A stretch of DNA of 64,000 nucleotides from assembly GCA_047967505.1 (NCBI GenBank), contig CM106538.1. One strand, 5' to 3'. This document shows positions 1-12,661 of the stretch, in pieces. A model generated the notes under the pieces. The model was given only the letters and a program-made list of their open reading frames with translations. It did not search any database and was not told the DNA's origin. Source of the DNA: Dipteris shenzhenensis (taxonomy: Eukaryota). Each line of letters starts with the position of its first letter. The first letter of the stretch is position 1. Both the position numbers and the translations under genes were made by a program.

Positions 1-254
1 GAATAATAGCTGGATGACAGCTATCCTTATCTACTCTAGTTTGTGGCTCAGTTAGTATGCCACCTTAGTTAGTTGAGTTTGGTTTGAGACCCACATATAG
101 GATTCTTCTATTTTCTTTGTACGAGAGTTCTTTTGGCTTTCACAACTAAGAAGAGGAAAACTGTTTTCAGCCTCCACCTTTGTGTGTATTCCCCCATTGT
201 GCATGTGAGAAAGCTGCAAGTGAGACTCCTTCCCTCTCTCCCACTATCTTCACA
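1..254 (+). mobile_element. 3' part of a Copia LTR (same family as the LTR at 14617-14972), cut by the window start
   Basis: Colinear with 14717-14972 and ends ...TCTTCACA. No PBS follows, so it is a 3' or solo LTR. Confidence 0.9.
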
Positions 255-715
255 ATTTTCACATCCCTATATTTTGGCAAGATGTCAACATTTGATTGTT
301 TTAGCCCAAAAGATGAGTTTTTAATTAACGTGCTCCCTGTTTTGGCCCAAAAGAGGACATTTTCACATCCCTCTATCTTTTGATTTACAAGTCCAAACAG
401 GGTCATGTTACATATCAAATCAAATGGCAAGGCGTACTTTAGATGATTATCATGTCTTTGTGCACCATAAAGTAAAACTTAATGCACCAAAATATGAATT
501 TGTGGACATCTTGCCAAAATATAGGGATGTGAAAATAACGCGCTCCCTGTTTTGGCCCAAAAGAGGACATTTTCACATCCCTCTATCTTTTGATTTACAA
601 GTCCAGATAGGGTCATGTTACATATCAAATCAAATGGCAAGGCGTACTTTAGATGATTATCATGTCTTTGTGGACCATAAAGTAAAACTTAATGCACCAA
701 AATATGAATTTGTGG
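255..715. repeat. ~180-bp direct duplication (period 210 bp) with a 32-bp inverted copy of 255-286 between the units
   Basis: 327-504 matches 537-714. 505-536 is the exact reverse complement of 255-286. Confidence 0.9.
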
Positions 716-1799
716 TTAATTTGCTGCATTGGTAAGATTTGTGGGAGGTAAGAATAAATCATTAGGGAAGGATATTTTTGCAGTAACAAAGAAACATGGG
801 TTTTGTTCCAAGTGAACAGTGTTAAAAAAGAATGGAATCTAGACTAATCCATGCAAGGAGATCTTCTAAAGATGATCTCAATTACTCTAGTGGAAAGCGA
901 AAACTTGATTGCAGTAGGGTTTGCCTTTGATACAAACAATCACTTGGAAATTAAACATACAAACTATCTCATGGATGATGTGCTATGATGTGAAATTAGT
1001 GTTAATGGCTTTAAAGTAATATGCATGTTTAACCTTCTAGCATTGAGGGAACATATGCACTTTTGAATAAGTTATTATTTTTTGCTACTAAAATGGGGGA
1101 TTTATAAATCTTTTATTGTTTTTTATCGCTCGCTTTTTGTCGCTCGCTTTTTGGTAATCCTCAAGTTTGATGCTTTGGTCTACCTTTGACAGTCCACTTG
1201 GGCTAGGGGGGGGGATCGGGGTTGAGCTAGTTCTTGAGTTTCACAAGCGAATCCTTGGTCCAAATGCTCATGGACTAGGCCGACAAGGCAGAGTCGAACC
1301 TGCAAACAACATTGGAACAAAAAGTGCAGGCAAAGGCACAGTACGCCCGAACACAGGAGCACCAGGAATGATAGATATGATCTCTACAAGATCTCCTGGC
1401 ACAAGAAAGTGAGCTTACGGTTTCCCTCCAAGCTGAGAACGAAAACAACATGCCACCGACCAATCAGAGAAGTCAAGATTGGAAGACCGAGAGCAACAAG
1501 AGTTTCAGACGTACAGGGAGGTCTCCGCATAGTTCATCACAAACACACTTGCACCACGCACCATCCCCCAAACCCTCCAAATGCACTTTGATGCACTCTG
1601 TGCACAAAACCTTATCTTCCACTTAGACCTCACTACTCCACTTCCTCCTAATGCCCTCCAAACCATCCTTTGCCATCGTAACCCCGACCATTGCCGTCCC
1701 ACCTTAGCCATGTCATACCTCTTTAGATCTCCAACCCACTTCTCTATCTCGTCTCCGACCCTCTGATCTCCAGACTTTAGTCACCCATCCCGATCATTA

Positions 1800-2770
1800 C
1801 TATTAGTAGCAATGTTTATGCAATATCATCTATACAAACATGAAATTCTCAAAGGAATTTGATATGAAAAACTTGGAAAGGCTATGATATTTTTTGGGTA
1901 TTGAGGTGATTGATACACCAATTCATGTTTGGATGGTTCAAAGGTGATATGCCTTATATATCCATGTCAGAATGAAAACCCATTCATGTTTGGATGGTTC
2001 AAATGCGATATGCCTTAGATAGCCATGTCAGGATGAAAACCCATTAATGTACCTCTTGATCTAAATGTATGTGGAAAATGACACCTTGTATCAGAAAATG
2101 GATGGTATTTTGATTTCCTTGAGTATTACTAGGCCAACTTGAACTATGCAGTTATCTTAGTTAGTTTGTCCATGCAGATGCATTGTAAGAGCCATTTTGA
2201 TGTTGTTAGGAGAATGATGCGATATGTGAAAGCCACTAGTTCTTATGGATTGTTGCATGACAAGGGAGAGGAGAGTATCATGTATGGTTACACTAATGTA
2301 GACTGGGAAAGGAGAGTATCATGTATGGTTACACTAATGTAGACTGTGCTGATAGCATTATGGATAGGAGGTCCATTAGTGGATATGCATTCTCTCTTAG
2401 TAGTGCCAAAATGAGTTGGAGTAGCAGGAAATAATCTACTATATCTTTGTCTAGTACAGAGGCAAAGTATCATGGTGCCACTATTGCAACATGTGAAGAA
2501 TCATGGTTGAGGATTCTTTTACTCAATTTTAGGATATGCATTTATGGTAGTGTTCCCATGTACTGTGAAAACATCAATTGCATTATGGTTACCAAGAATC
2601 TAGTCCATCATGCATGCACAAACCATATTGAGGTGCACTACCACTTCATTAGAGATAAAGTAGTAAATGAAGAGATTGATCCCATTTATGTGAAGGCCAG
2701 GTCAAGCTAAAGAATCTTTAAAAAGGAACTTCTAGAGAAGAAGTTCCAAACCAGTGATATATCAGGGGAG
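1800..2770 (+). pseudogene. Degenerate Copia RT/RNase H fragment
   Basis: Motifs HFDVVRRMMRYVK, LSSTEAKY, MYCEN and HIEVHYHFIRDKV. Many stops and frameshifts, plus local 60-bp and ~41-bp tandem duplications. Confidence 0.85.
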
Positions 2771-3298
2771 TTAACCCATATTCTAGGTTGGTGAGTAGTC
2801 TCACAATAAGTACATTTACACTGTGAAACATGGAGGGGTGTGTCTCTTTGATGAGCGACTCCCTTACCTACCCTTTGATGAAGTTATCTTTTGAATCTTG
2901 TATCTCATGCATGATGAAAGAATGAATGGAATGAATGAATGTCTCTATCTCTTATCTTTTAGGGTGCTTTTTGTACTCTAAACACTGGCACTTTTGCGAG
3001 TTTGAGTACCCAACAAGTAATCCGGTAATTGAAGACCAATATCAGATTTTTGTGCACCATGGAACATTGTTCACAATCGAGATGACAGTGCAGTTGCCTT
3101 TTTGCCACATCCAAAAAGGTGGAGAAAAGAGTTTAATCAGATGGATTAGATCGTCTCAATCCAATGTTTTTGAAAGAAAAAGAGCTTCAACAATCCCGGA
3201 CAAGTTTAGAATCAGGTACAATTTAGATTGATTTGAATTGATTATGCTAACATTGCTGGCACGAAAATGTACATATAGGAAAATGAGTGTCCCCAAAT

Positions 3299-4850
3299 TG
3301 TCAAGACGATGATCCCCTATCCCAAAGAACATGCTTGCAACTCCAACTCTATGAGGAGAAATTTTAGCCCTCGGGTTCGGCTAACATAGAGATACAACTA
3401 AGTGTGATCATGAGTGGCAATCTCGAAAGTGGTGGAGCCTTAACCGAGCACCATTTTTGTAGTGGAGATGCTAGAGATTGCAATGCCACCACCAATCAGT
3501 AGATGCAGGTTGGCACACCAATCGTGTATTCATTTAGAATGTGGTTGTGTTAGGTAGGTGATATGTTGTAACAGGCAGAGAAGAGAATAAGAGACCAGTG
3601 TACCAAGCTCTCTTCATCTGACTTGAGCTTGCTAGGATAGGGAGTGTTTATTGCAAGCCAAGATGGCTTGGTTGTTCTCAAGACTGTTTGAGTTCTAATT
3701 AAAGTTGATATTTTTTACTCAACTCGGCTCTTTTGTTGCATTGCACTTTGTATTTTTTTAAGAATTCTTGTGTGTGTGTAACTTGGCATTCTCCTGTCAT
3801 CACATGGTTCTCCTACAACAACTAACCCCAACCTCCAAGTGTGAATGTTGACAGGTTGTTTTGCACCCGAGCATACCATCCTTAGGATTGCAAGAGAAGG
3901 CATCTTCACCAAGCACAACACTGGGTCAGGTTAACACAGAGCACCTTTTTGAGTTAGCCTTGGGTGAGGGAACCAAAGCCTCAACATTTTGGCAATGCTG
4001 ATGGGGAAGGATCAATTGAATTGTGAGTTGACAAGCTGTTACATTAGGATATTTCAAGAACCGAGTTAGTAAGCTCAGTGTTGAGGTAAGTGAAGTTCAT
4101 GTTAACCAACGATGAAGTGAAACAATTGCTATGAATCGTGGACTACTATAGGAAGTTCCTCGAAGTGACTTCAAAAGAGTGGCATCGACTGGTGGTGTGC
4201 TTGAAGACCAACATGTGGGATACACCGAGTAATCAAATTACTACTCAGATACTTTCTTCAAGCATACTGAGTGCTCAAAGAGAAGAAGAAGATACATGGC
4301 TAGGTGTGACAACTAGTAGAGGGAGAGTATACACCAACCTCACACACATGAAGGTGGTTATGATAGGTGGTAGGCTAGTGACTTGATCCTTTTCAGTGGA
4401 AGACCTGCCTACTTGGGTTTTGGAGCAGACAAGTCTAAGTCTAGCTCCAATATCAAGATGAAAATTTGAAATTTCAAAGGCACAAATGATGAAAACCCCT
4501 ACAGTCACTTGTAGAGTTTCTTGTGTGTCTGTCACATCAATAGTGCTATAATAAACAAATAGTATATGGATTATTTTTTGTGTCCTTAATAAAAAATTCC
4601 CAAAGATGGTCCAATCAGTTCAAATCAGGGATTTTCTCGATTGGTATGCAATGTCTGAAGCATTCTAGCAAAGGTTCAAGAAGGAGATCAATGAAGAAGA
4701 TGTTTGGATGAAGCTAAGTGAATTGAAGTAAAACAAAGGAGGGACGAGTAAGTCAAAACATCGAGTGACTGCGTTCGAGCGAGCCCAGAGTTCAAGCGAT
4801 GCTTGTGATGAACTTTTTCTGAACCTATAGTAGCAATAGTTTTTTACTAG
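3299..4850 (+). mobile_element. Old Athila-like Gypsy 5' remnant (LTR end at 3986, degenerate PBS, gag traces)
   Basis: ...CTCAACA is followed by TTTTGGCAATGCTGATGGGGA, which resembles the Athila-type PBS TGGCGCCGTTGCCGGGGA. Gag-like QRFKKEINEEDVWMKLSELK lies near 4670-4730. The left boundary is a guess. Confidence 0.45.
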
Positions 4851-5240
4851 AAATGGTTGAATCTCCATGACCATATTAGAGATTATTCTTACTTATTTTT
4901 TGTATGATTCTTGGAAACATACAAAGATAAAACCTACTATTGGGGATAACTCGTAAGTCCATACAAGTCAGCAATGATATAATGAATACCAAATGAAAAC
5001 TTATTGGAAACATACAAAGAGAAAACCTATTATTTGATAAATAATAAATCCATGCAAGTTAGAAATCATTCAATAGATACAAAAGGGGAAATGTTGCAAT
5101 GTCTACACCTCAAGGTAGTCACTCAAAATTATGTAAGGTAGCATGAGTTGAATGGGCTTCTTTATTTTGTGGACTTACATACAAACAAAAATAGTCCCGT
5201 CCATGATATAGAAGCTCCTCCTATAAAAATCCTTCACTTA

Positions 5241-5546
5241 TTGAAGCTATGCTCATATATTAATATAAAATCTTGGAAAAACTTTTGAAGCTATGCTCAT
5301 ATATTAATATAAAATCTTTTTTTTTGGTTTCACAATATCAGTCGAATTTAGTACCTTTTAATATATTTTCTTTTAAACTTTGAAGAAAAAAATGTAAATC
5401 CTATTGGTGAAACTTTACTTTTTTTTACATAAAAGTTTCAAATCCTGGCGAATGTTTCCAACATTTATTTTTATTAGGGCATACATACTGATGCCAATAT
5501 AAAATTTTAGATTCATAACGAAACTAACTTGAAAAAATCATCCATG
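5241..5546 (+). mobile_element. Degenerate copy of the hAT MITE at 58365-58661
   Basis: Shares GAAGCTATGCTCATATATTAATATAAAATCT (duplicated here) and the right TIR AAAAAATCATCCATG. The left TIR is missing. Confidence 0.75.
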
Positions 5547-6521
5547 ATTTGTAACTCGTCGATTTTTATGCTACCCATATGATATGATCCATTTTGTACA
5601 CAAAATGATAACATGAATAAAATGTTTAAACTATGGAGCTAATAAATTATTGATCACCTTATGACCATGATGCTAACAAAATATGGATCACCTTCATATG
5701 TCCATGACTGTGTATATACCTGTGGGAGGGAGGGAGAGAACCAAGCTCTATATGAGAAAAATTTAATAAAATATAAGAGTTTGATAAGGTTTAGCTCTGA
5801 TGAAACAAAGATAAGTACAAACTTTCTAAAGTTGTAGAATTTAGACACTCTAACATGATAAATGGATTCATTCATATCATTTCGATCGTTTTGACTACAA
5901 ACATGACCATATTTGGAGTTTGATTGACCAAGTTATGGCCCAAATAAAATTGGCAGAAGGAGCCTCCCAAGACGCCGCGATATCGCAGCCTCTTGGGAGG
6001 CTCCTCCTCCCATTATCTTTTGCCTTGAAAATGGAAATTTCACAAGAAAAACACATACTCTAACCCCTTTCTTTGACCCCTCCTTCCTTGACCCTTGCAA
6101 AAACATTGCAAAAGATTTTCAAAAATTGTTGTTTATATGTAAGGCAATTGATTCCTCACCATATCATGGGTAGTACAACAATTGTAAAAGTAAGCAATCC
6201 ATGCTACTTTTTGAACATAAATCATCAAACTAGAATGTCAATTTTATGAAATTCCTCACTCGAACTGTCACCTCGCTCGAATGCAGTCGCTCGAATTCTG
6301 GTAATCCTCAGGACAGTACATTTAAGATTTTGTGCTTCGAATGCAAGCTCTCATCAACAAATTGAGAACAATTTTGGATGACAAGTCTATGCAAGCCTGG
6401 TTGCACCTGTGGGGCTTAAATGCAATTGTACCTTAACCTTGGTTATGTACAATACTCAAACACACATATATATGGATGACATAGAAGATTAGGGTATTTT
6501 GCACCCACCAAGACTTGTGTG

Positions 6522-6556
<35 letters not shown>

Positions 6557-6593
6557 ATCTTTCGTTATGCTTCCATTGTTGTGATCTCTTAGT

Positions 6594-7410
6594 TGGTATC
6601 AGAGCGCGAGTGTTCTAGCTGAGCCTGAATGAGACCCTAGAGCCTGAAGTTTGCTACTACTGCAATCTATGGGAGGAAGGAGAAGCTCCATTGGTTTGAG
6701 AAGGTCATCTAGAGTGTCTAGACCACTTGAGAGATTTGTTCTAGGGGCAGCCTTCTTGCTATAGGGAGGCTATGATGTGCGAGGACCAGTGCAAGTGGGA
6801 GTATGCCTTTCAACAATCAGAGATGAATTCACTCATGAAAAATAATACATGGGACTTGGTTTCTTTGATACATGGAAAGAAAGAATTGCCATGTAAATGG
6901 GTCTACAAGATGAAGGTCAAAGGTGATGATGTGCCTAAGTATAAGGCCCGTTTGGTTGCTAAAGGGTTCAAGCAAGAAAAGGGTGTGGACTTTAATGAGA
7001 TATTCTCTCCGATTGTGAAGATGACCACTCTTAGATGTGTACTTGGACTTATGGTAGCAGAGGATGTGGAGCTTATGCAGATGGATGTTAAGATAGCTTT
7101 CTTACATGGGGATCTACATGAGGAAATTTACATGGTATAGCCAGAAGGGTTTGAAGAAAAGGGCAAAGAACATTTGGTTTGCAAGTTGAAAAGAAGTCTA
7201 TTGGCCTTAAGCAAGCAGCTAGAGTATGGTATCAAAAATTTGATGCTTTCATTTGGTCCCAAGATTTTAGAAGAAGTGAGTTTGATCACTGCTCTACACT
7301 AAATGGGCTAAGGATAATAGCCTGATACTCATGACACTTTATGTGGATGATATGCTATTGGCTAGCAAGAACACTTATGAGCTGGATGCATTGAAGGCCA
7401 AGTTGCATGT
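6594..7410 (+). mobile_element. Internally deleted Copia: tRNA-iMet PBS joined almost directly to an RT fragment
   Basis: PBS TGGTATCAGAGC at 6594-6605. ORF 6772-7140 contains TWDLV, CKWVYK, YKARLVAKGF and QMDVKIAFLHGDLHEEIYM. LYVDDML follows near 7340. Confidence 0.9.
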
Positions 7411-7799
7411 TTAGCTATGCACACATCAGACGACCTTCAACTCATGACAGTTGAGCATACAGGTTTGACAAGCCATCGTACCTTATTAGTTTTATGGGCC
7501 TCTTCTTCACCCGAGCAGAGTATCATACCTGCACCTTTGGCCCCATATTTTCAGCCCCTGGATCACTTTGTCCACACCGCCTATGTTGTCTTCTACAATC
7601 CTGCATCATATGACAGAGATTACACTATTGCAGCATACCGTAACTGTTGTTGTCAGTTCTTTTGGGTTGGTCAAACCCTTGTTTGTCACAACCTACCAGA
7701 TCATATCTTCATGGCTACATTGACTAGCTTCACATCCGAATGCCTCTTCTACAGAGAAATTGCATAGTCCATTGTTCAGTTTTGACATGTTTGACATGT

Positions 7800-9700
7800 A
7801 GCCATACACACCGCGTAGTTATCTTTCAATCAACCAGACTTTGATCCAAGTGGACTTTACTTTCTACATATTTCTTTACTTTTTCTTGCCAAACTGACAA
7901 GCCTTGCATAAATGGCTAAAATCAAATTGCCCAAACATAGTTGTGCCTCTTATATATCTTTTCTTTTCATGTACTTCAACCACTTATAATTAACATCACC
8001 AATTCTCTTATGCTACAACTTAGCATGAACATCTTGTTTAGTTCCATTAGCATATGCAAAATGATGATGTATCATTCGATTACTTGCATCAAATTTGAAT
8101 AGCATCCCTTCTTTGCATGCTTTGGATATCAATCTACTACTACATCTTCCTCTTTTAAAGTCATGAATGAAGCATCCATATCTATTCAATGTCACTTGCA
8201 TATCTTGATCCGCCATCTTTTTGACTGATGCTAAAGTTCTTGGTGAACATTGGCACACATAATACATCTCCAAGTTGGTTTTCAATACCATCCCCAGTGG
8301 CAACATACTCAATATTGCCATATCATGCTTTATATCAAACCACCCACCATGTTATGTCATATGATTAGTGCAGCCAAAGTCTATAAACTAGACATCTCTA
8401 CTCTTAGTAGGGATCATGCTACTCAATACATGCTCCATGGAAAACAAATGTCGTCAAGATGCTCATCCTCTCTTTTTGTCAATATGCAAAATCATAACTA
8501 GCATAATGGTTGTCTATTAATGTCTACGAGATCCTTATCCTTTGGCTCTATCAAAGTGCTCATATTTGTCTATGAAAGAAATCTCTCTCAAAGTGCTCAT
8601 ATTTACCACTATAGTGGCACTCACCATCTCTCTTGGTAGACCCTATATGGCCTCTACCTTGGGGTGAAGCTCCCCTTGGCTCTATGCACAAGGTATCCTG
8701 CTCTACTCATAATATAACCTAAGTATCACCTCTACCTCCCTACCATCCATGAGCCATCTATATGCATGTGAGTCATGTGCTCAGCCTCTAGTTTCTCCAC
8801 CTCATCCTCTAAATCCACTAGGACCTCTATTGTGATAAAATACATTATCTCTCCTAGTTGATGCATTGCTACGTCCAAAACCTCATAGTCCTAGCTTAAC
8901 CTCCTCGATCATGCATAATGCAATGATCTCCTCAAATTCTTGCATGGCTCTACAAACTGATATTGAAGTATCCAGAGACTTATACCAGGGTCCAAGTCCA
9001 TTCAAATTCACTCAGACAAAGTTATCATCTTCTACTGTCAGGGCAATTTATAGATGCTAGGTCCTCTCTGTAATTTGTTTAATATTAGCCACATAGTAGG
9101 TGATGGTATGATTTCCTCTCTACACACAATCCAACCACTTCTTAAGTTGAATCTTCCTAGATTTCGTGCTAGGTCCTTTGTAATTTGTTTAATCTTGGTC
9201 ACATAGTCGGTGATGGTATGATTGCCTCTCCACACACAATCCAACCACTATTTATGTTGAATCTTCTTGGCTTTTGTGCTAGTCCATACATATTTTGTAT
9301 GATGTCCCATTCTTCCTCTCGTATACTTGCCTTTGTAATATGTGATATGAATGAGGCTTTGAGATGCATATAGAAATCCAACATTGAAGAACTCTCCTAG
9401 AATTTGACATGATTCTTTTTTGGCCGTTTGAGGCATTCGTCTAACCTATAATTAATTCCCACATTCCTTTTCCCATCAAGAAAATTTCCATTCTATACGA
9501 CCAAACACTTTATTAATCTTTGTCAGCCTAAATCACCCACAATCTAAGTAATTTGTGAGATGTCTTCCATTTCCACTTCAACAGTGACAAGTGCACAGAA
9601 AAGAACCCAATGCAAATGTTCCACATTTCAATTATAGCAGCAACTGTGTGATGTCTTATAGCTCCTCAGAGGGCTTGGACATGCTGCAAACACTAGCACG
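7800..9700 (-). pseudogene. Degenerate Copia gag-protease-integrase N-terminus
   Basis: Minus strand reads WSYRMENFLDGKGMWELI (~9450-9510), DYVTKIKQI, HKRIGDVNY and LCKACQFGK. There is a ~112-bp internal duplication at 9057-9270. Confidence 0.75.
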
Positions 9701-9755
9701 ACTGCGTATGCATTGTAACTTATATTAGCAATCACTGCTGCAACCTCTGATTTCT

Positions 9756-10162
9756 TTTTTTTGGGCAAAAAGAGATTATTATATTAACTTCAGAAATGAT
9801 ATACAATTATTAACCTGTCGTTTAGGAACAAAATTCCCTCCTAGGAGGTTTACTAGATAACAAGGATGGCAAAAGGAAACCCTCCAAAGAAGGTAAAACT
9901 AAAAAGTCTGTTTGTGTTAGAAAGGAGCTAATTACTCGACGGGTTCCTCTTTGATAGGGAAAAGAGGAGGCATCACTTGTTGTTGTAGATCTTGGTGAGC
10001 AGCATCATGATGTTCTTGCACTTGCACGTTGAGTTGACAAATTTCTTCATTGTAATTGCGTATGCCCTGGTCAAGTAAGAACTTAGCCTAGGGAAGACAG
10101 AATAGCAATTAGACAACATGACTATAAAACTAGTGAGATCATTGTTAAAAGAGATCCTAAAT
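9756..10162 (-). mobile_element. 5'-truncated non-LTR (LINE-like) insertion with poly(A) and ~15-bp TSD
   Basis: T-run at 9755-9762. Flanks are CAACCTCTGATTTCT (9741-9755) and CAACCTTTGATTTCT (10163-10177). A second copy of that motif at 10182-10196 weakens the TSD call. Confidence 0.5.
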
Positions 10163-10434
10163 CAACCTTTGATTTCTGTAGCAACCTTTGATTTCTTCAT
10201 TTGTACTTGCAACATACTCCCAAGAAAAATCTCCAACCGTGCTATCCCCGGGAGCTATGGCAACTTACAAAACAAGGGTGCATGTATGCACAAAAGCACT
10301 TGGCTCCAACTTGTGGGTTTTATGGGTCTTTAGACACTGTCCATTGTTTATTATTTCTTGTCGATTGTTTAGTAAGAAATAATAAAAAAGAAACGCTTTG
10401 AGGACTCGCAAGATCCATTAGGATTTTCCAAGGT

Positions 10435-11204
10435 TCTATAGTTATTTGCATGCTCTCACATTGACTACAAAGCCACTACCTTTAAATTTAAAAAAATTGG
10501 AAGACAGATCGACGTTATTTTTCCTTGAAGGTTTTACGAATGATACCTGTAGAGTTTTGATGTCAACTTTCTAGAGTTTTTTTTGCTTTATTTTTATAAA
10601 CAAATCCAGTAGACGACAATCTCTTCATCGGTAGGCATAAAGCCCGTTAGGCAAGCATAAAGATCGTTAAGTAGGCCATAAAGCCCGTTTGGCTGGCATT
10701 AAGCCCTTTCAACAAGAAAATGAAAATTTTTTTACAGGCGAACTTGCTTTTTTGGGCAAACAGCTTTATGGATAGCAATTTTTTTTTAAAGGCAACGGCT
10801 TTAGTAGTTAACAGGCGAACCAACTTTAGCGCCTTACTCACAAATGAACGCACGAGACCTGGATGAGCGATCGGAAAGCTTGAAGTGACTCGAAGACTTG
10901 TAGCTGGAGGAAGCCAAGGCAATTGTTCTAGGGAGAGCTCAAGCATGGAGGGAGAGTGGAGCTCCCGAATTGATTTATAGCCATGTTGGAGGGGGGGTAA
11001 AAAGCACACACAAGCTAATGAAAAGCCAACAGTCACACACAAGCTAAAAGTTGAAAAGCCAAGAGCCATCGAAAAGTAGAGGTTAAGAATTTTAAAAATT
11101 CCTAATAAAAATTCCCAAGAAACTAACAATAATCACAAAACTCCCACTCAACTCAATCCTAAAGCACTGGCTCTAGGAGAGCCAGTGCTAATAAAATATA
11201 CTAG
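10435..11204 (+). mobile_element. Probable non-autonomous Helitron (3' end supported, 5' end guessed)
   Basis: Perfect 12-bp stem AGCACTGGCTCT-agg-AGAGCCAGTGCT (11163-11189) lies 11 nt before CTAG (11201-11204). The next base is A rather than the canonical T. Confidence 0.5.
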
Positions 11205-11716
11205 AATTTCGCTGAATTGTGCTACAGGCATATGGTTCAATGTTATAGGTCTGTTTTTACAAGCATTGCAACCTTGGAAACATATTGATAGCTGGTTTGT
11301 GGAAAAAACTTGGACTTAGGGATGCCCTAGAAATTCCTCTTTGGTAATTGTGTGAGCAGCATAGCCTCATGTATGGAATTGCTTCAGCCTTGTGTGAGCA
11401 ACATGGACTTATGAATGGAATTGCTTCAATCTTGTTGTGCCATTAGGATCCATCTTTGTCTACATACAATAGACAGGCGACACAGGCTTTGGAAAACTTT
11501 AACAACATACTATAAACCATTTCATTAGAACCAAAAATCGTACAACAAAATCCCTCTCCAACCAATACCACCCCAAAGAAACAAACCTAAATGCAACCAC
11601 ATGTTTGCCAAATTATAATGACAACAACTACTACAATGCCAAAAACTACATCTTTAAATAAAAAATCGACAATTCACAATTACATCTTAAGTGTTCAACT
11701 CAAAATCATTTGAACA

Positions 11717-12451
11717 TGTGTAAGGCTGTGATGTGTGAGTGCCATCCGTGCCATGTGGGTTTTGTTGCACCTCGCCGCTCGCAGCATGATTCCAATTTCA
11801 GAGAATCCCACCCCAGATCGACTATTTACCACATGGAGGATCGGCTTTTTTTGGTGCCAGATCGATCACGATCACGACGTGCCTGAATATCGAGTCCAGG
11901 ATTGGTACATGATCTCAGTGTGCCAATGCTCAGGATTCCCGTGTTGTGTAAGGCTGTGATGTGTGAGTGCCATCCGTGCCATGTGGGTTTTGTTGCACCT
12001 CGCCGCTCGCAGCATGATTCCAATTTCAGAGACACTCATTTCGAGTCCAGGATTGGTACATGATCTCAGTGTGCCAATGCTCAGGATTCCCGTGTTGTGT
12101 AAGGCTGTGATGTGTGAGTGCCATCCGTGCCATGTGGGTTTTGTTGCACCTCGCCGCTCGCAGCATGATTCCAATTTCAGAGACACTCATTTCGAGTCCA
12201 GGATTGGTACATGATCTCAGTGTGCCAATGCTCAGGATTCCCGTGTTGTGTAAGGCTGTGATGTGTGAGTGCCATCCGTGCCATGTGGGTTTTGTTGCAC
12301 CTCGCCGCTCGCAGCATGATTCCAATTTCAGAGACACTCATTTCGAGTCCAGGATTGGTACATGATCTCAGTGTGCCAATGCTCAGGATTCCCGTGTTGT
12401 GTAAGGCAGTGATGTGTGAGTGCCATCCGTGCCATGTGGGTTTTGTTGCAC
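11717..12451. repeat. 151-bp tandem array (about 4.4 units; the first unit is 228 bp)
   Basis: Units start at 11717, 11945, 12096, 12247 and 12398. The middle units are identical by eye. Confidence 0.97.
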
Positions 12452-12576
12452 GGCTGCAGTGCCGGACAGCGGCATGACTCTGGTAGATTCCTTGCGAAGA
12501 TTTGGAAATGTATGGAAAACGTGTACAGGTATGCCATCTAGAGCTTCGACGCAACGGGATGAACATTGAAAAGAGT

Positions 12577-12587
12577 CTATTTATAAG
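12577..12587 (+). promoter_or_regulatory. Candidate TATA box of the Cys-rich peptide gene
   Basis: CTATTTATAAG, about 80 nt upstream of the ATG at 12662. Confidence 0.5.
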
Positions 12588-12661
12588 TTCATTTCTGTTG
12601 TAAAATTTCAAAGCTCAACTCGTCGCTTGAATCTTATAGTCAGTCACAACTTCTCATAAGA

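Noticed and set aside
11735-12611. Repeated 70-144-aa ORFs on both strands
   Set aside because: They arise from the 151-bp unit, which is not a multiple of 3, and show no protein features.
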